Source: an uncultured archaeon (GTDB lineage Archaea; Thermoproteota; Nitrososphaeria; Nitrososphaerales; Gagatemarchaeaceae). Taken from it: DNA of 64,000 nt. A model generated the notes under the pieces. The model was not told the origin of the DNA. It did not search any database and saw only the letters and a list, made by a program, of their open reading frames with translations. The stretch covers positions 1,376,001-1,440,000 of the forward strand of contig CAWCYD010000003.1 in NCBI GenBank assembly GCA_963799775.1, given 5' to 3'. Of this stretch, positions 50,163 to 60,841 are shown piece after piece (position 1 is the first letter of the stretch; each line of letters opens with the position of its first letter). The position numbers and the translations under genes were made by a program.

Positions 50163-50486
50163 TCATCGGTCAGCGGGAAATCGATCGTTGGCTTCGGGGA
50201 GTTCCGTCGACGCCTTCCCGACGTTAGTTGTGACCACTGCGTTTCGCCCCTTGTTTGTGAGGAAGTAGTGCACGACGAATCCGTCTCCCTTGCCCTCGAT
50301 GAGGCCCTCTGACACGAGCTGGTTCACCGCGCCGATAAAATGCCCCCACGGATACTTTGGATTGGTACGATACAAGTCGCGCAGCGTCATTGGGAGGGCG
50401 TCCCCACCAAATGCAGAGAGAACGTACTTCAGAACTTCGTCTTGTGGATAGCCGTCAGGTTCCATGAAAGCTCCCCCGGAGGTCAT
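50163..50486 (-). CDS. wHTH-like hypothetical protein
   Basis: LVSEGLI...YFLTNKG wing motif. Confidence 0.5.
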   Translation of the reverse strand: MTSGGAFMEPDGYPQDEVLKYVLSAFGGDALPMTLRDLYRTNPKYPWGHFIGAVNQLVSEGLIEGKGDGFVVHYFLTNKGRNAVVTTNVGKASTELPEANDRFPADR

Positions 50487-50640
50487 AGAAAGTCCTCCTA
50501 CACCTTTTCATGTGTAATACGACGTGACTATATACGCCTTCTTCGCTCCCTAAAATGGCTCCTCCAACCATATTATGCGAGCATTTGGGGGAAATGTTTA
50601 ATTTATCCAAGCTCTATGGGACTGGTAAGACTGAGAACGT

Positions 50641-51120
50641 ATGAGCGGCAGGCATGGAAAGTTAACTCAAGTCGATAGGAAGCTGTTGAAGATACTGCTG
50701 AATCCAGATGGGCATCCCTCATCAGCGCAAATCTCTAAGAAGCTAGGCATACCTGCGACGACGGTCCAAAGGAGGCGCAAGAGGCTGGAGAAGGACTTTC
50801 TGACTCTGACTTACTCTTTCAACCTGGAGAGGTTTGGGTGGCGCAAGGTCGAGTTCCTTCTCGCGACTGAGCGCGGCAAGACTACCCAGGTAGCACACGA
50901 GCTTCTGAAGCGAGATGATGTCGTCTATGTCGGCAGAAGCATTGGGCAACAGACGATCGACCTGAGGGTGGAGACGGTATTGAAAGGTAACTCTGAGATC
51001 CTCCAGATGCAGGAAATCCTGAAGGCGATGGACGGCGTTAGGGAGGTCGTCTGGACGGAGATCGTCGAGGTGATCGGAAGGAAGTCTTCCATACCATCCC
51101 GAATCATCGACGAGCTCTGA
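50641..51120 (+). CDS. Lrp/AsnC family regulator
   Basis: DRKLLKIL...ISKKLGIPATTVQRR plus a RAM-like C-terminus. Confidence 0.85.
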   Translation: MSGRHGKLTQVDRKLLKILLNPDGHPSSAQISKKLGIPATTVQRRRKRLEKDFLTLTYSFNLERFGWRKVEFLLATERGKTTQVAHELLKRDDVVYVGRSIGQQTIDLRVETVLKGNSEILQMQEILKAMDGVREVVWTEIVEVIGRKSSIPSRIIDEL

Positions 51121-51370
51121 TTTCTCGAGACACCTGTGCGACGCAGTGTGACGCTATTTCCTCTTCCGCAGCGGCCCCCGGCAAACACGGTCCAACAAGT
51201 GCAGCATGGGATGAAGGTGCAACGGGTCTTTGGGCATCTAAGGCCGAAGACTCAGACGAATAATCGGCTGACTCCCCCCGGTCCACAACCTTCGAGCCCA
51301 TTTGCGACTAGGATATGCGTCGCATTCTGTTGATGATAGTTTCTGACTGCATAAGGCTTAAAGCCAGATA

Positions 51371-51667
51371 ATGCAAAATTTGCAACCCAGTGAAGGGCCT
51401 CGCTTGGCAACCTTAGACCGGGTGATGTATCCGAGGCCGGTAAGATGGCTCAAAGGGGCCTTCTATTTTGGCGCCTTGGTAATCGGCCTTTCCGCAATTC
51501 CGTTTGAGTTTTACCTTGCCACTTCGCCATCCACAACGCCACAGTTCCTGATAAACGACATGGTAGTGGTTGCGGCCGCGCTGTTGCTTCTGATGACGTT
51601 AAGCTCCTTCACAGAGCCGATCTATGATAGGCTGTGGGCGCGCCGTTTAAACAGGGAGCCGGGCTGA
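51371..51667 (+). CDS. small membrane protein
   Basis: Two hydrophobic helices; TATA-like TTAAA upstream. Confidence 0.5.
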   Translation: MQNLQPSEGPRLATLDRVMYPRPVRWLKGAFYFGALVIGLSAIPFEFYLATSPSTTPQFLINDMVVVAAALLLLMTLSSFTEPIYDRLWARRLNREPG

Positions 51668-51922
51668 TTCGAGGCTCGTACGAATAATCGTCCGAGCGGC
51701 TACGATTCCCCTCTTGTTCTTCGTGGACTCGGCTGCCGCCGAAGACAAGTAGCGCGAATTCGTAATGGCCAAGAAGTCAGACCTTGAGAGGATCTTGGCT
51801 CTCCTCTGCCGCTTGGAGCCCGAATATGGTTCTCGGCCTTCTTAGTTTCTCTACTTCCTCCGCTTCCATCCTCGCAGCTCAGAACGCTTTACTATCCCGA
51901 CCACGTTTTTCCAATTGGTGAG

Positions 51923-52253
51923 ATGAGCAATAGCTAGAGCCCCGAAATCGGTCAAGTTTGGAGAAGCGCTCCAGGCTCACCTCGACAGCCTTCCGCAGAA
52001 CGACGCAGAGCGGAAGTGGCTTGATGACACGAAGTCGGTCCTTCGGGAAAACATGTTCGCTGGCGAGAGCATCCGAAAGAACCTAATTCCCCAGCACTAC
52101 ATCAGAAAGTTCGGGGTCAACAACCTGTTCCGCTACCATCTTCCAAAGGGCTTCAGGGCGGTTTACACTCTCGTTCGGGAAGATGACGAGATTTCCGCGG
52201 TTGTGCTCGAAGTCCTGGATCACAAGAGCTACGAAGAGAGATTCGGCTATTGA
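51923..52253 (+). CDS. RelE-like toxin family protein (5' frameshift)
   Basis: LRENMFAGESI...NNLFRYHLPKGFRAVYTL...LDHKSYEERFGY. Confidence 0.6.
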
Positions 52254-52257
52254 ACTG

Positions 52258-52554
52258 TTAGGCCGGGACGCTCGCTGCGAGCAGCTTCCTGAGCTTCGGG
52301 TTGTTGACCCCCGTGTAGAAAATCCGTCCCTCGTCGTTGATGGCGATGGTGCCGTGACTCTCGAGGTACTGGAGCGCCCTCTGGAAGGTCTGATACTGGA
52401 CCTTCTTCGGGAGGGAGTTCCAGAGCTCCGTCCTCGTTGGATAATCCTCATGGTCGAGTATTGACTTTTCTATCATCATCACCGTCGATATCTTCGGCTC
52501 GTGCAACACTCTCTTAATCGAGATGCCGCTGTGGCGTGCGGACTGAAGCGTCAT
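52258..52554 (-). CDS. wHTH protein, putative antitoxin partner
   Basis: PKISTVMMIE...TELWNSLPKKVQYQTF...LQYLE. Confidence 0.55.
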   Translation of the reverse strand: MTLQSARHSGISIKRVLHEPKISTVMMIEKSILDHEDYPTRTELWNSLPKKVQYQTFQRALQYLESHGTIAINDEGRIFYTGVNNPKLRKLLAASVPA

Positions 52555-52931
52555 ACCTGTGTAACTGCGACCCGGCTGTCTATATAAGTTTATACAAGTC
52601 AAATGATGCTCCCCAATTCTGGAGATAGGCGCGTAAATACGACTCGTTCTTTGTATACTCAATGATTATGGACGAGGAACGCGAAGGGTTCCGGACTCAC
52701 TCAGAGGTTGGCCAGGGACTCGCCCCTTGTAAGGGGCGGAACCCCCCCCCCCCCGGTCCACATAATTATTCATGTAGAACCTGGCCCGGCTAGCTCATGA
52801 CGCTCACCAACAATAAGAAATCGGTGAGAAATGGGAAAATGAGAGGCCTCAGCCTGATACCCTGCCACACCACGACGTTGAGAAGTCGAGCACTGCTCAA
52901 GGCGGGCCTAGGCCCCGAGCACAAGCCGATC

Positions 52932-53450
52932 TCACATCTGCTCGATGATTCCTGGCGGTATTGATTTCTTGGAGCCGACAATTTCGACGATTTCGCTCCA
53001 TATCACGTCTCTCACTTTTGGCATGGCTTTTACCAGTTCGAGGAGTCCGAGCAGCTCCGAATTGTCCTTGATTATCACCTCTGCCCTCAAGTCGATCGTG
53101 TGCTCTCCGATGGACCTGCCGACAGATACCACCTCGTCACGTTTCAGCAGCTCGTGCGCAATTGGGAGAGTCGCCCCCCCTCCCGTGTAGATCAAAAGGT
53201 CAACGCGCCTGAAACCCAGGTTTTTGAGATCGAGCGAGTACGCGAGATCGAGATAGTTCTTTTCCAGGTACCGGCGCCTTCGCTGGATGGTGCTCCGAGG
53301 AATGCCAAGCTTCTGCTCCAACTCCCGTGAAGTGACCGAGCCCTTGGGTTCAAGGAGGATCTTCAGTATCTTCCTGTCCAAATCAGAGAAAATGTGCTGA
53401 AGCGCCACGCCTTTGCCCTCCATCAGCCCGCTTCCCTCATCCCTCTTCAC
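52932..53450 (-). CDS. Lrp/AsnC family regulator (paralog of 50641-51120)
   Basis: Shares AHELLKRD, VGRSIG, TIDLR and WxEIVE. Confidence 0.85.
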   Translation of the reverse strand: MKRDEGSGLMEGKGVALQHIFSDLDRKILKILLEPKGSVTSRELEQKLGIPRSTIQRRRRYLEKNYLDLAYSLDLKNLGFRRVDLLIYTGGGATLPIAHELLKRDEVVSVGRSIGEHTIDLRAEVIIKDNSELLGLLELVKAMPKVRDVIWSEIVEIVGSKKSIPPGIIEQM

Positions 53451-53733
53451 AACAGGATGGCTCTTGGACCGCGCCAGCTAGGGGCGTGATCGAAGGAGTT
53501 CGTTCTGCTTGCGTTGAATAGTCCCTTGCATGCTATCTCTTCGAGAATCTGCGAGTTCTCTGCAAGACTTAGTCCAGCAACGAGCTGGAGGTGCCTAATG
53601 CCCTTGGGAATGGCCTTGATGTCGTTCAGGATATTTGCTCGAATCGAATCGAGTGAGCTGCAACGCAATTCCACCTTCTTGTCTCTTGGAGGCTCCTGCG
53701 AATAATTAAATCGTGTGTAAACAGTGCAGCTAA

Positions 53734-54624
53734 TTGCAATACAGCTATAACGTCCAATCCGTGAATCTCGCCTCGTTGCCTGACCAAAGCCGGCGTCTGA
53801 CGGAGTCCGTGAGCTTTAGACTCGACGAGGGCGACCTCGCTCAATTGAGAGATATGGCGAGGCTGAGGAAAATGAGTCTCAACTCTCTGGTCTCGCAGGT
53901 ATTCGATAGGTACCTCAAGCTTTGGGTCTATAACGCGTCGTACGGATTCATTCCTGTAAACGAAGAGATCCTCCGGCAAGGTCTCTCCAAGATGAACGAC
54001 AGGGAAATCGAAAAGACCGCGCACAGCAACGCCGTGAGAACCCACGTCGAGATGATCAGGTACATCCATGGTGAGCTCACCCCTGAGGCAGTCGTAGACT
54101 ACCTTGACATCTTTGGCCAGAGATTCCGCACATACAAACACTTCACCAAGGGATCGCGGCACACGGTCACAATATTTCACGGCGTCAGTCTTCAATTCTC
54201 GAAGCTCTACTACACAATCCTAAAGGAAATACTTCGAAGTGCGAACTTCAAGATAATTGAAAGCAAGGAGGACGTCAGGGAGACAGGTTTCTCAATTACA
54301 TTTGAGCCGAGGACACTGACTTCTTCATACCTCCGTCTCGCCTCAAACACCATGAAAGAGGATGACGAGGGACAACCAATTCCTTCTTTCAACGACAAAC
54401 AACTCCCTGATGGCGCGATAGACTGCTTCCGTCGAGCTTCACAGCTTGTCGAAGACATCGCGGCTTTCGCGACCGCTCAGCTAATCCGCGTCATCCCCTC
54501 TACGGGGAAGAGCCCTGCGAGGACGCCGGAGTACGGGGCGATCCCGCATTTGTCGCATTGCGGCTGCAGCGCGCCCTCGTTCGCGCTTCCCATGCAGCAG
54601 GGCGTCTTGATGTTGCCCCTGTAG
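53734..54624 (+). CDS. RHH/CopG-domain hypothetical protein (3' end uncertain)
   Basis: SVSFRLD...SLNSLVSQVFDRY; the tail overlaps the next gene, so the real end is probably earlier. Confidence 0.55.
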   Translation: MQYSYNVQSVNLASLPDQSRRLTESVSFRLDEGDLAQLRDMARLRKMSLNSLVSQVFDRYLKLWVYNASYGFIPVNEEILRQGLSKMNDREIEKTAHSNAVRTHVEMIRYIHGELTPEAVVDYLDIFGQRFRTYKHFTKGSRHTVTIFHGVSLQFSKLYYTILKEILRSANFKIIESKEDVRETGFSITFEPRTLTSSYLRLASNTMKEDDEGQPIPSFNDKQLPDGAIDCFRRASQLVEDIAAFATAQLIRVIPSTGKSPARTPEYGAIPHLSHCGCSAPSFALPMQQGVLMLPL

Positions 54625-55643
54625 TCCAAAGGAAGGATCATCCAGTTGGGGCACATTGAGCCCCAGTTTCCGCGCATGAGCTCGAACTGCTCCTTCGAGT
54701 TCACCACGAAGTGCTTGTTCTCCTTGCTGCTGAACTCCATGATGCTGTTGATGGTCCTGTCCCTCTCCTCTCCGAAGGGCAGCCATAGCGGGTCGTTCTC
54801 TATGAACGGCGTGTGGAACTGGATGCTTAGCCTCCCCACGATGTCATCCCACTCGCGAAGGACGTCGATCACGGTCTTGTAGTTCAGGGTGTTCAACGTC
54901 ATGTTGGCGTCTACCCTCCCGCCGGTGCTTACGAAGTTCTTGATGTTGGTTTTCATCTTGGCATAGGTGTTCGGGCCGCGGATGCGGTTGTGGGTCTCCT
55001 CGGTCCCGTCGACTGACACGAAGAAGAGCCCGTTGATGTGTATCATCGGGTGCGTCCCGTTGGTGACCACGCTCATCCTGTTCCTCATCTCCTCCGAGAA
55101 GACCTGGACGACATCCTTCCTCAGCATCGGCTCGCCGCCGACGACCGTGACGTTCGCTATCTTCATCTTCTTGAAGGAGTTTTGGATGACGGTCCTCCAC
55201 TGCTCGGGGGTCAGCTCACCTGCCGTCGGCTGCCTGTTGGTCCACCAGTAGCAGTGGACGCACTTGAGGTTGCAGACGTTGATTATGTCGGCGGAGCCGA
55301 AGAGTGGGGTCTTGGTCCCAGCTCTCATCTTCCTCCACCAGTGGAAGAGGTCGCCGCCCTTGTTGTCCTTGAAGAAGCCGTTGACTGACCTGACGTAGTC
55401 CGCTGGCGTCGGGTTCGAAGCGAGCCCGGGGAGCAGCTTTACCAGGCTCGGGAGGTTGACCGCGTCCTTGTAGGCCGCCTTCACTTTCTGCGTCGTGGAC
55501 TTTTTCTCCAGCTTCAGGTCGATGTAGGCCTCGTTCTGCTTGAGCCTCCCCGCAGAGATCTTCTCGACGAACCTTTCCGCGAACTCCTCCTCAGACCAAC
55601 CGAAGTACTCCCGCGAAAAAATGTCGGGAGACTGCAATGCCAT
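54477..55643 (-). CDS. radical SAM protein
   Basis: CNLKCVHC, GGEP, TNG and VSVDG motifs; C-terminal Cys cluster. Confidence 0.9.
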   Translation of the reverse strand: MALQSPDIFSREYFGWSEEEFAERFVEKISAGRLKQNEAYIDLKLEKKSTTQKVKAAYKDAVNLPSLVKLLPGLASNPTPADYVRSVNGFFKDNKGGDLFHWWRKMRAGTKTPLFGSADIINVCNLKCVHCYWWTNRQPTAGELTPEQWRTVIQNSFKKMKIANVTVVGGEPMLRKDVVQVFSEEMRNRMSVVTNGTHPMIHINGLFFVSVDGTEETHNRIRGPNTYAKMKTNIKNFVSTGGRVDANMTLNTLNYKTVIDVLREWDDIVGRLSIQFHTPFIENDPLWLPFGEERDRTINSIMEFSSKENKHFVVNSKEQFELMRGNWGSMCPNWMILPLDYRGNIKTPCCMGSANEGALQPQCDKCGIAPYSGVLAGLFPVEGMTRIS

Positions 55644-55688
55644 GATGCGCTGAAACCTCCTTGCTCGCTTGTCGAGAGCCGAGTCGGA

Positions 55689-55865
55689 CTAATAGTCTTT
55701 TCCGGACTTTCTCTGGGCCTTTCCGAGGCTCTCTCTAGCCTTTCCCTCGACCTGTTCGATCTTTCCCTTGGCTTGCTCTTTCTTGTTGCCCCTCAGCTTG
55801 CCCACCCCTTCACGGACCTTCCCCTTGATCTGCTTGCCCTTGCCTTCCATCTCGTTCTTGTTCAT
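55689..55865 (-). CDS. csbD: CsbD family stress protein
   Basis: MNKNEMEGKGKQIKGKVREGVGKL...GKIEQVEGK. Confidence 0.8.
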   Translation of the reverse strand: MNKNEMEGKGKQIKGKVREGVGKLRGNKKEQAKGKIEQVEGKARESLGKAQRKSGKDY

Positions 55866-56103
55866 GATGGCTAGCCACGCGACAGCGCGTAATAAGTTGC
55901 AGGAGAGCATCCACTGGAACTTTCATCCAGAGCTTATTCGGGAACCGAAGAGGCACAGCGTCAGCCGACCCGTGTACAGGATGTAGCAATTATCATGAAC
56001 ACCGGAAAGATTGTCCCCGTCGAGGGAAGGGCCGCGTACCTTCAATCTGTTAACGCAGTAATCTATTGCAAGCCCTAGCCCATGTCAGAGCGTAGATTTT
56101 CCG

Positions 56104-56340
56104 TCATTTCTCGTCGCTCATCATCCCGTCTTCCCTGTCTTCGATCTCTTCGGACTCGTGCTCTTCAGACTCCTCTTCGGTCTCGAGTTCCATCTCCTTT
56201 GACTCAGCTTGGTCCTCAGCCTCGACATCGGGTTCCGCTGCTGCCTCGCGCTCTTGCACGACTGCCTCGGTCTCTTGCTCAGCTTCCTTTGTGTCCTTGC
56301 TGCTCAGCCAAATCACTGTCCAGCCCACGTTCGCATGCAA
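56104..56340 (-). CDS. small highly acidic protein
   Basis: Glu-rich low-complexity ORF. Confidence 0.4.
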   Translation of the reverse strand: MHANVGWTVIWLSSKDTKEAEQETEAVVQEREAAAEPDVEAEDQAESKEMELETEEESEEHESEEIEDREDGMMSDEK

Positions 56341-56355
56341 GTCGTCCGGATCGGT

Positions 56356-56640
56356 TCACTTTGAGACCAAAGCATCCGGGATCTCTTCGTCGAGCGGTAC
56401 GAGCTTGCTGAGCTCCTCGTAGATGTGTAGGAAGCGGACTCCCTTCTCGGTCAGCGCGTAGATGTGCGTCTCCTCGTCCCTCGTTATCAGCGAGTTGGCC
56501 GTCAAGAAGCCGAGGTACTCGTTGATCTGTGCGAAGGAGAGGAACGAGCCGTACATCAGCCTCGTCTTCGTCGCGTTGCCCGCACGTGCGACGTGGAGGA
56601 TGTTGGATGCGATCGCAAACCTAGACCGGTATTTCATCAT
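56356..56640 (-). CDS. winged-HTH regulator (HTH_45), paralog of 49305-49595
   Basis: MKYRSR...KTRLMYGSFLSFAQ...YALTEKG. Confidence 0.85.
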   Translation of the reverse strand: MMKYRSRFAIASNILHVARAGNATKTRLMYGSFLSFAQINEYLGFLTANSLITRDEETHIYALTEKGVRFLHIYEELSKLVPLDEEIPDALVSK

Positions 56641-57332
56641 TATAGGACGCCCTGCCCGGTTGCTGCCCGTGGATTCTCGAAGAACTGGAGACCCTTGCTG
56701 GTCAATGAGGGCCTGTCGACTACCTCTTGCGCTGACGCGTTCTTCCGCCCGAGACGAATCATTTCGTCGGATCCCTTGTTCTGGTTAACCGTGCCCTCCT
56801 CTGTTTTCATAGGAGTACTAGTGAGGGGGCTGCTATATACGACGAGCCTTCGAAACCGGCGGAAAAAAACCAAGAATGTTCAAATTGTGTTGTCGAGGAA
56901 ACGAATCAACCCCAATTCCAGTCCAATTCTGAGCCAGATGCATTTCTTGCGATAATCGCGCGGTTCGTCCTGCGTTGATGCAACAAAAAACGTTTCAAAG
57001 CTTGCCGATGATCCTAGCGGGAACCGACTTCTTGCCCACAAGGTCGTATTTTGTATTTTATGTTACCAATTGTTATCCCCATCGCACCAAGCCGGTCACT
57101 TCGACTAGAGTAATCCATCCGAGTCCAATAGATGGATGCTGCAGTAACAAACCGATGCACTTGAGTAAGAACAAAGAGGAGAGAGACCGAATGGTCAGGT
57201 TCATTCTTGACAACGCGATTGCCGACGATGTCCCTGGACACAGTCTCGTGCTGACCCCTAAAGGTCACGCGCTTCTGACCATGCTAACGAACTTGAAAGC
57301 TGGAATCGACAACAAGGCCAAGGCGACGTAGT

Positions 57333-57581
57333 TTGTTCCCTGGAAAAGGAACAACGTTCGGCGATGAGACAATTGATCCTAGGCCGGCTTCGAGCTGCAG
57401 TTATTGCGAAAAACCTGTCCTGCCAACGGACCACCTAGACGCCATGGGATACACGTTCCACACGAAGTGCGCTTCTGTCCTCGCTACCCTGATGCGGGAA
57501 ATAGACGCACTACAGGTCTACGAGAAGCGTCAGTTGGATTTCCAAGAGGAAGTAGAAAGTTACACACACGAGAAGCAATAG
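57333..57581 (+). CDS. small Zn-finger protein
   Basis: CSYC...FHTKC LIM-like pattern. Confidence 0.4.
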   Translation: MFPGKGTTFGDETIDPRPASSCSYCEKPVLPTDHLDAMGYTFHTKCASVLATLMREIDALQVYEKRQLDFQEEVESYTHEKQ

Positions 57582-57944
57582 CCCGAGCCAGGGAAGACTG
57601 ACACGAGGTCGAGCCTTTTCCTGATGGGCATTGACCTTCCTTAGGGTCGGGGTTAGGTTTGCGCGCCTTCGGCTGCAATCTCCCCGCCACCTATCTCAAG
57701 CTACGGAAGACAGCTTGAAATGCGGAACGCGAGGAAGAAATTCAGAGATGACTCTTTGTTAGCCCTCCACGGGGATTCGACGCCCATGGTTTGAGTTCTT
57801 GGACGCCAAGGGTCACGTCTTAGTGATTCGTAACCATGCTGCGGCATGAGAATCGCGCTCGGAGAAGCGCCAATTCAAACAGACGAAGAAGAGGCTCGCC
57901 GAACCCCTGGACCTAACCCCGGGCGATATCTTCTGCTCGAAGCC

Positions 57945-58106
57945 CTACTTGCCTGTGACCGGGTTTCTGCCTTGATACAGTCTGTAGGCGACCACAACAA
58001 CGGCGATGATAACTAGAAGGTTGATCAGTTCTCCCCCGATCCCTCCTATCACCCCGAGGAGCCACAGGAGCACAAGAACCAGGGCTACGGTCCAGAAGAG
58101 ATCCAT
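57945..58106 (-). CDS. lmo0937/DUF5670-like small membrane protein
   Basis: MDLFWTVALVLVLLWLLGVIGGIGGELINLLVIIAVVVV (manual translation). Confidence 0.7.
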   Translation of the reverse strand: MDLFWTVALVLVLLWLLGVIGGIGGELINLLVIIAVVVVAYRLYQGRNPVTGK

Positions 58107-58766
58107 CCGCGTTCGACTCCTAGATGTGGAAGTTGAGGGTTATGAATCCGAAGAATGCGAGGGCCGCGACAACGATGACTGCAAAAATGATCATGTCTCC
58201 GCCGTCTGCCTTTCTCTTCGTTCTGAGGAACTTCATGCTTATTGACATGCTATCGTTGCACGACGCCTGAATATGTGCGTGACGATGCATCGCACCAGTG
58301 GTTGGATTCATAGAAAGCAACGGCTTACTCCCCCAGCCTTCCTCTCTCCGTCCTGCCGTATCTCTCGGCCTTGCGAATCGTCCTGACCATGTCGCCGCTC
58401 TTTCTCTTGCCTGGGACGTAAGTACGCGGCCTAGCGGAGCCCCTCGAGGGAAAGCCTCTCGCCGTTGCATCGACCACGTACGGGGATGTGCTCTCGCCGA
58501 GGCTCTTTAGATGAGAAGCGCAGACTGCGACCTTTCTTGGCTCTCCACCCGACCTGGGCGTGATCGTAACCATGTCGCGGGCCGTCTCGTTGGGCCTGCC
58601 TTGCTCTTTGCAGAGGACGCAGTGCCTTTCGTTCACTCCGCCTTCGCTGCGGACTGGGTGCGGCTTCTCATCCAGTTCTTGCTTAAGCAAGCCGAGTGGC
58701 CCGCCGGAGAGATCCGCCTGCCTGCGGCGAGATTTGGTGTCCAAGTGCTAAGCGCCAAACCGAGGG

Positions 58767-59189
58767 CTACTTTGCCTTCGAGTCGCTCGCTGGGACGGTG
58801 ACTGCCGCTGCGACAGCCGCGGGAGCGGCTGCAGTTTGAGGACCCTGACTGGAAACCGAGTTTTGCCTTATTATCCCATATGCCTTCTCCGCCTCCGAGT
58901 TGGGCAGGTCGCCCAGCGATAGAGGTTCTCCTCCGAGCCGGAGCGTCATCTTGATCTTGGAACGCAAGACCCCCTTCTCCAGGACCGCGTTCGAGATGTC
59001 CTTGTAGTTGAAGTCGGTGTAGTCCTTCTTCAGGCCTAGCGCATGTGGATGCCGCAGGATGATGCGCTCATTGGTCACGACCACGGAGTCTACGTTGATC
59101 TTTGGGTGGTAGATCTTCTGCTTTATGTAGAGCTCGACTCGCTCGTTGGATCCGAGTATCCGTTTTAGGTCGTCGGGGGTGTCTTCCAT
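58767..59189 (-). CDS. bacterial PH-domain protein
   Basis: VVVTNERII...DFNYKDI pattern. Confidence 0.7.
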   Translation of the reverse strand: MEDTPDDLKRILGSNERVELYIKQKIYHPKINVDSVVVTNERIILRHPHALGLKKDYTDFNYKDISNAVLEKGVLRSKIKMTLRLGGEPLSLGDLPNSEAEKAYGIIRQNSVSSQGPQTAAAPAAVAAAVTVPASDSKAK

Positions 59190-59481
59190 TGCTATCGTTG
59201 TTTCATCTTGTCCGTGGCTGATATGCTGCGCGATGCATTGCACTAGAGGATGATTGGACCGGCTCCAAATCCTCGCCGGGCATCCCTCAGGGCGTAGCAA
59301 GGTCGAACGGCGCGGAAGCTACCCTCCAAGAAACGGGGTCTTGAATGTGGGCTAGTCCGCCGTCGCCTGGGAGACAGGGTTCTTCGGCGACAAATGAGAC
59401 GCTTCTGGAGCGGTCTTCTGGCGGGATTCACAGAAGCGTTCAATCTCAAGTGATTAGAGCGCCCAGCAGCATAGTGGTTCG

Positions 59482-60144
59482 TTGTCAGGGTCGATTGTCT
59501 CGAACAAAACCCCCGACTCGCCGCCGAGCGGCCTGAGGCTGAAGATAATCAGCCTGGACAAGAAGTACGGGGTCTTCAAGCTGGCAAAGTTCGCCATCGC
59601 AGCGGGCACCGGGTTCCTACTTGCAGAAGGGATATTGACGTTCGGCGTCTTCCTACTCTATGGGAAGTTGAGCGCCCCGAGCGATGCCTACTCCTCGCCG
59701 AGGTTCTTGGCGCTCGATGTCACGGCGCTCGCGTTGGGGGTCGCTCTCTCCTTCTTCCTAAACGAGCATTATACGGTCCGCGCTCAGCGGACGCGCAACG
59801 GCGTTGGGTGGAGCAGCCCCCCTATCAGATTGCTAAAGTTCGAGGGGGTGAACGCGATGGGGAATTTGACCATAATAGCGGTCCAGTTCGCCCTCTTGTT
59901 GACGCTAGCCATCACGCCGGTGATCGGCAATGCAGTGGGCGCGATTGTCTCTTATCCCGTCACGTATCTAATCTCGATGCGGTTTGTCTGGAAACCTTCT
60001 GCACGCGCTCATGGGGTCGAGAATCGCGCGAATCACCGAAACCAACCGCCGAAGAGTGTCGACCCTCTGCCTCCCACCATCGCGATGATCCTCCTCATTT
60101 CGCTCTATGCGATCACTCGAGCCCTGCTGGGAAGGAAGAGCTAG
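59482..60144 (+). CDS. GtrA family membrane protein
   Basis: KFAIAAGTG, SFFLNEHYT and YLISMRFVW motifs. Confidence 0.7.
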   Translation: MSGSIVSNKTPDSPPSGLRLKIISLDKKYGVFKLAKFAIAAGTGFLLAEGILTFGVFLLYGKLSAPSDAYSSPRFLALDVTALALGVALSFFLNEHYTVRAQRTRNGVGWSSPPIRLLKFEGVNAMGNLTIIAVQFALLLTLAITPVIGNAVGAIVSYPVTYLISMRFVWKPSARAHGVENRANHRNQPPKSVDPLPPTIAMILLISLYAITRALLGRKS

Positions 60145-60178
60145 CCGCTTTATCGCTGCATGCACCTAGCATTCAGTC

Positions 60179-60742
60179 TCAGGCGATAAGGGCGCGCACT
60201 GCGCCAAAAGACCTGGGATCTTGGTCGCCTAGCTTACCTTCTCGCCCACTGCAGCCAGAATCTTGCTCGCTGCTTCCTCCGGTGAGTGTCCCTCGAGAGT
60301 CTATCACAAGGGCGTCCTTGGGCGGCTCGAACGAGCGGGCGAGCTTCATGAAGTCCTCGCGGCGGACCATCGGGTTCCTCTGGGAGTACCTGTGGAATGC
60401 CAGCACGGGGTCGCACCAGGCCCAGACGACGAGCCAGCCGTCCGTGAGGCTCTCCAACTTGGAGATCGCCTCGCGCCTCAGCTCCTCCGTGGGGAACGTG
60501 GCGACGAGGACCACGTCGTATCGATTCCTGAGCGCTTCCGCAGCCATTGATATCGCGGCCCGGTAGACGAACCTGGACTCGGCCGACTGGTATTGCGGCT
60601 TTGCGATCATCCCCCTCACCACGTCTGTCTCGATGTGGACGCACCTCTCCAGCTTGGCCCCGATCGCCAAGGCTATGGTCGTCTTGCCGCTGCCAGCGAT
60701 CCCGCTGAAGAGGATCAAGTGTCCATGACGAGGGGCAGGCAT
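60179..60742 (-). CDS. P-loop kinase (AAA_33 family)
   Basis: SGIAGSGKTT and HIETDVVR motifs. Confidence 0.75.
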   Translation of the reverse strand: MPAPRHGHLILFSGIAGSGKTTIALAIGAKLERCVHIETDVVRGMIAKPQYQSAESRFVYRAAISMAAEALRNRYDVVLVATFPTEELRREAISKLESLTDGWLVVWAWCDPVLAFHRYSQRNPMVRREDFMKLARSFEPPKDALVIDSRGTLTGGSSEQDSGCSGREGKLGDQDPRSFGAVRALIA

Positions 60743-60841
60743 CTGCCCAGAGGCTTCATCTTGCAGCCGAAAAACCCTTGTGTGGGACGGTAGAGGCGGC
60801 CTCGCCGCGTTTACTGGAGAATTCTTCTCGAACGCTGTCTT

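Larger units (their letters stand above)
48721..52761. mobile_element. two tandem integrase-less islets at the tRNA-Ala 3' end
   Basis: CCCCCCGGTCCAC (tRNA 3' end) is repeated within 51273-51286 and 52748-52761. Confidence 0.65.
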
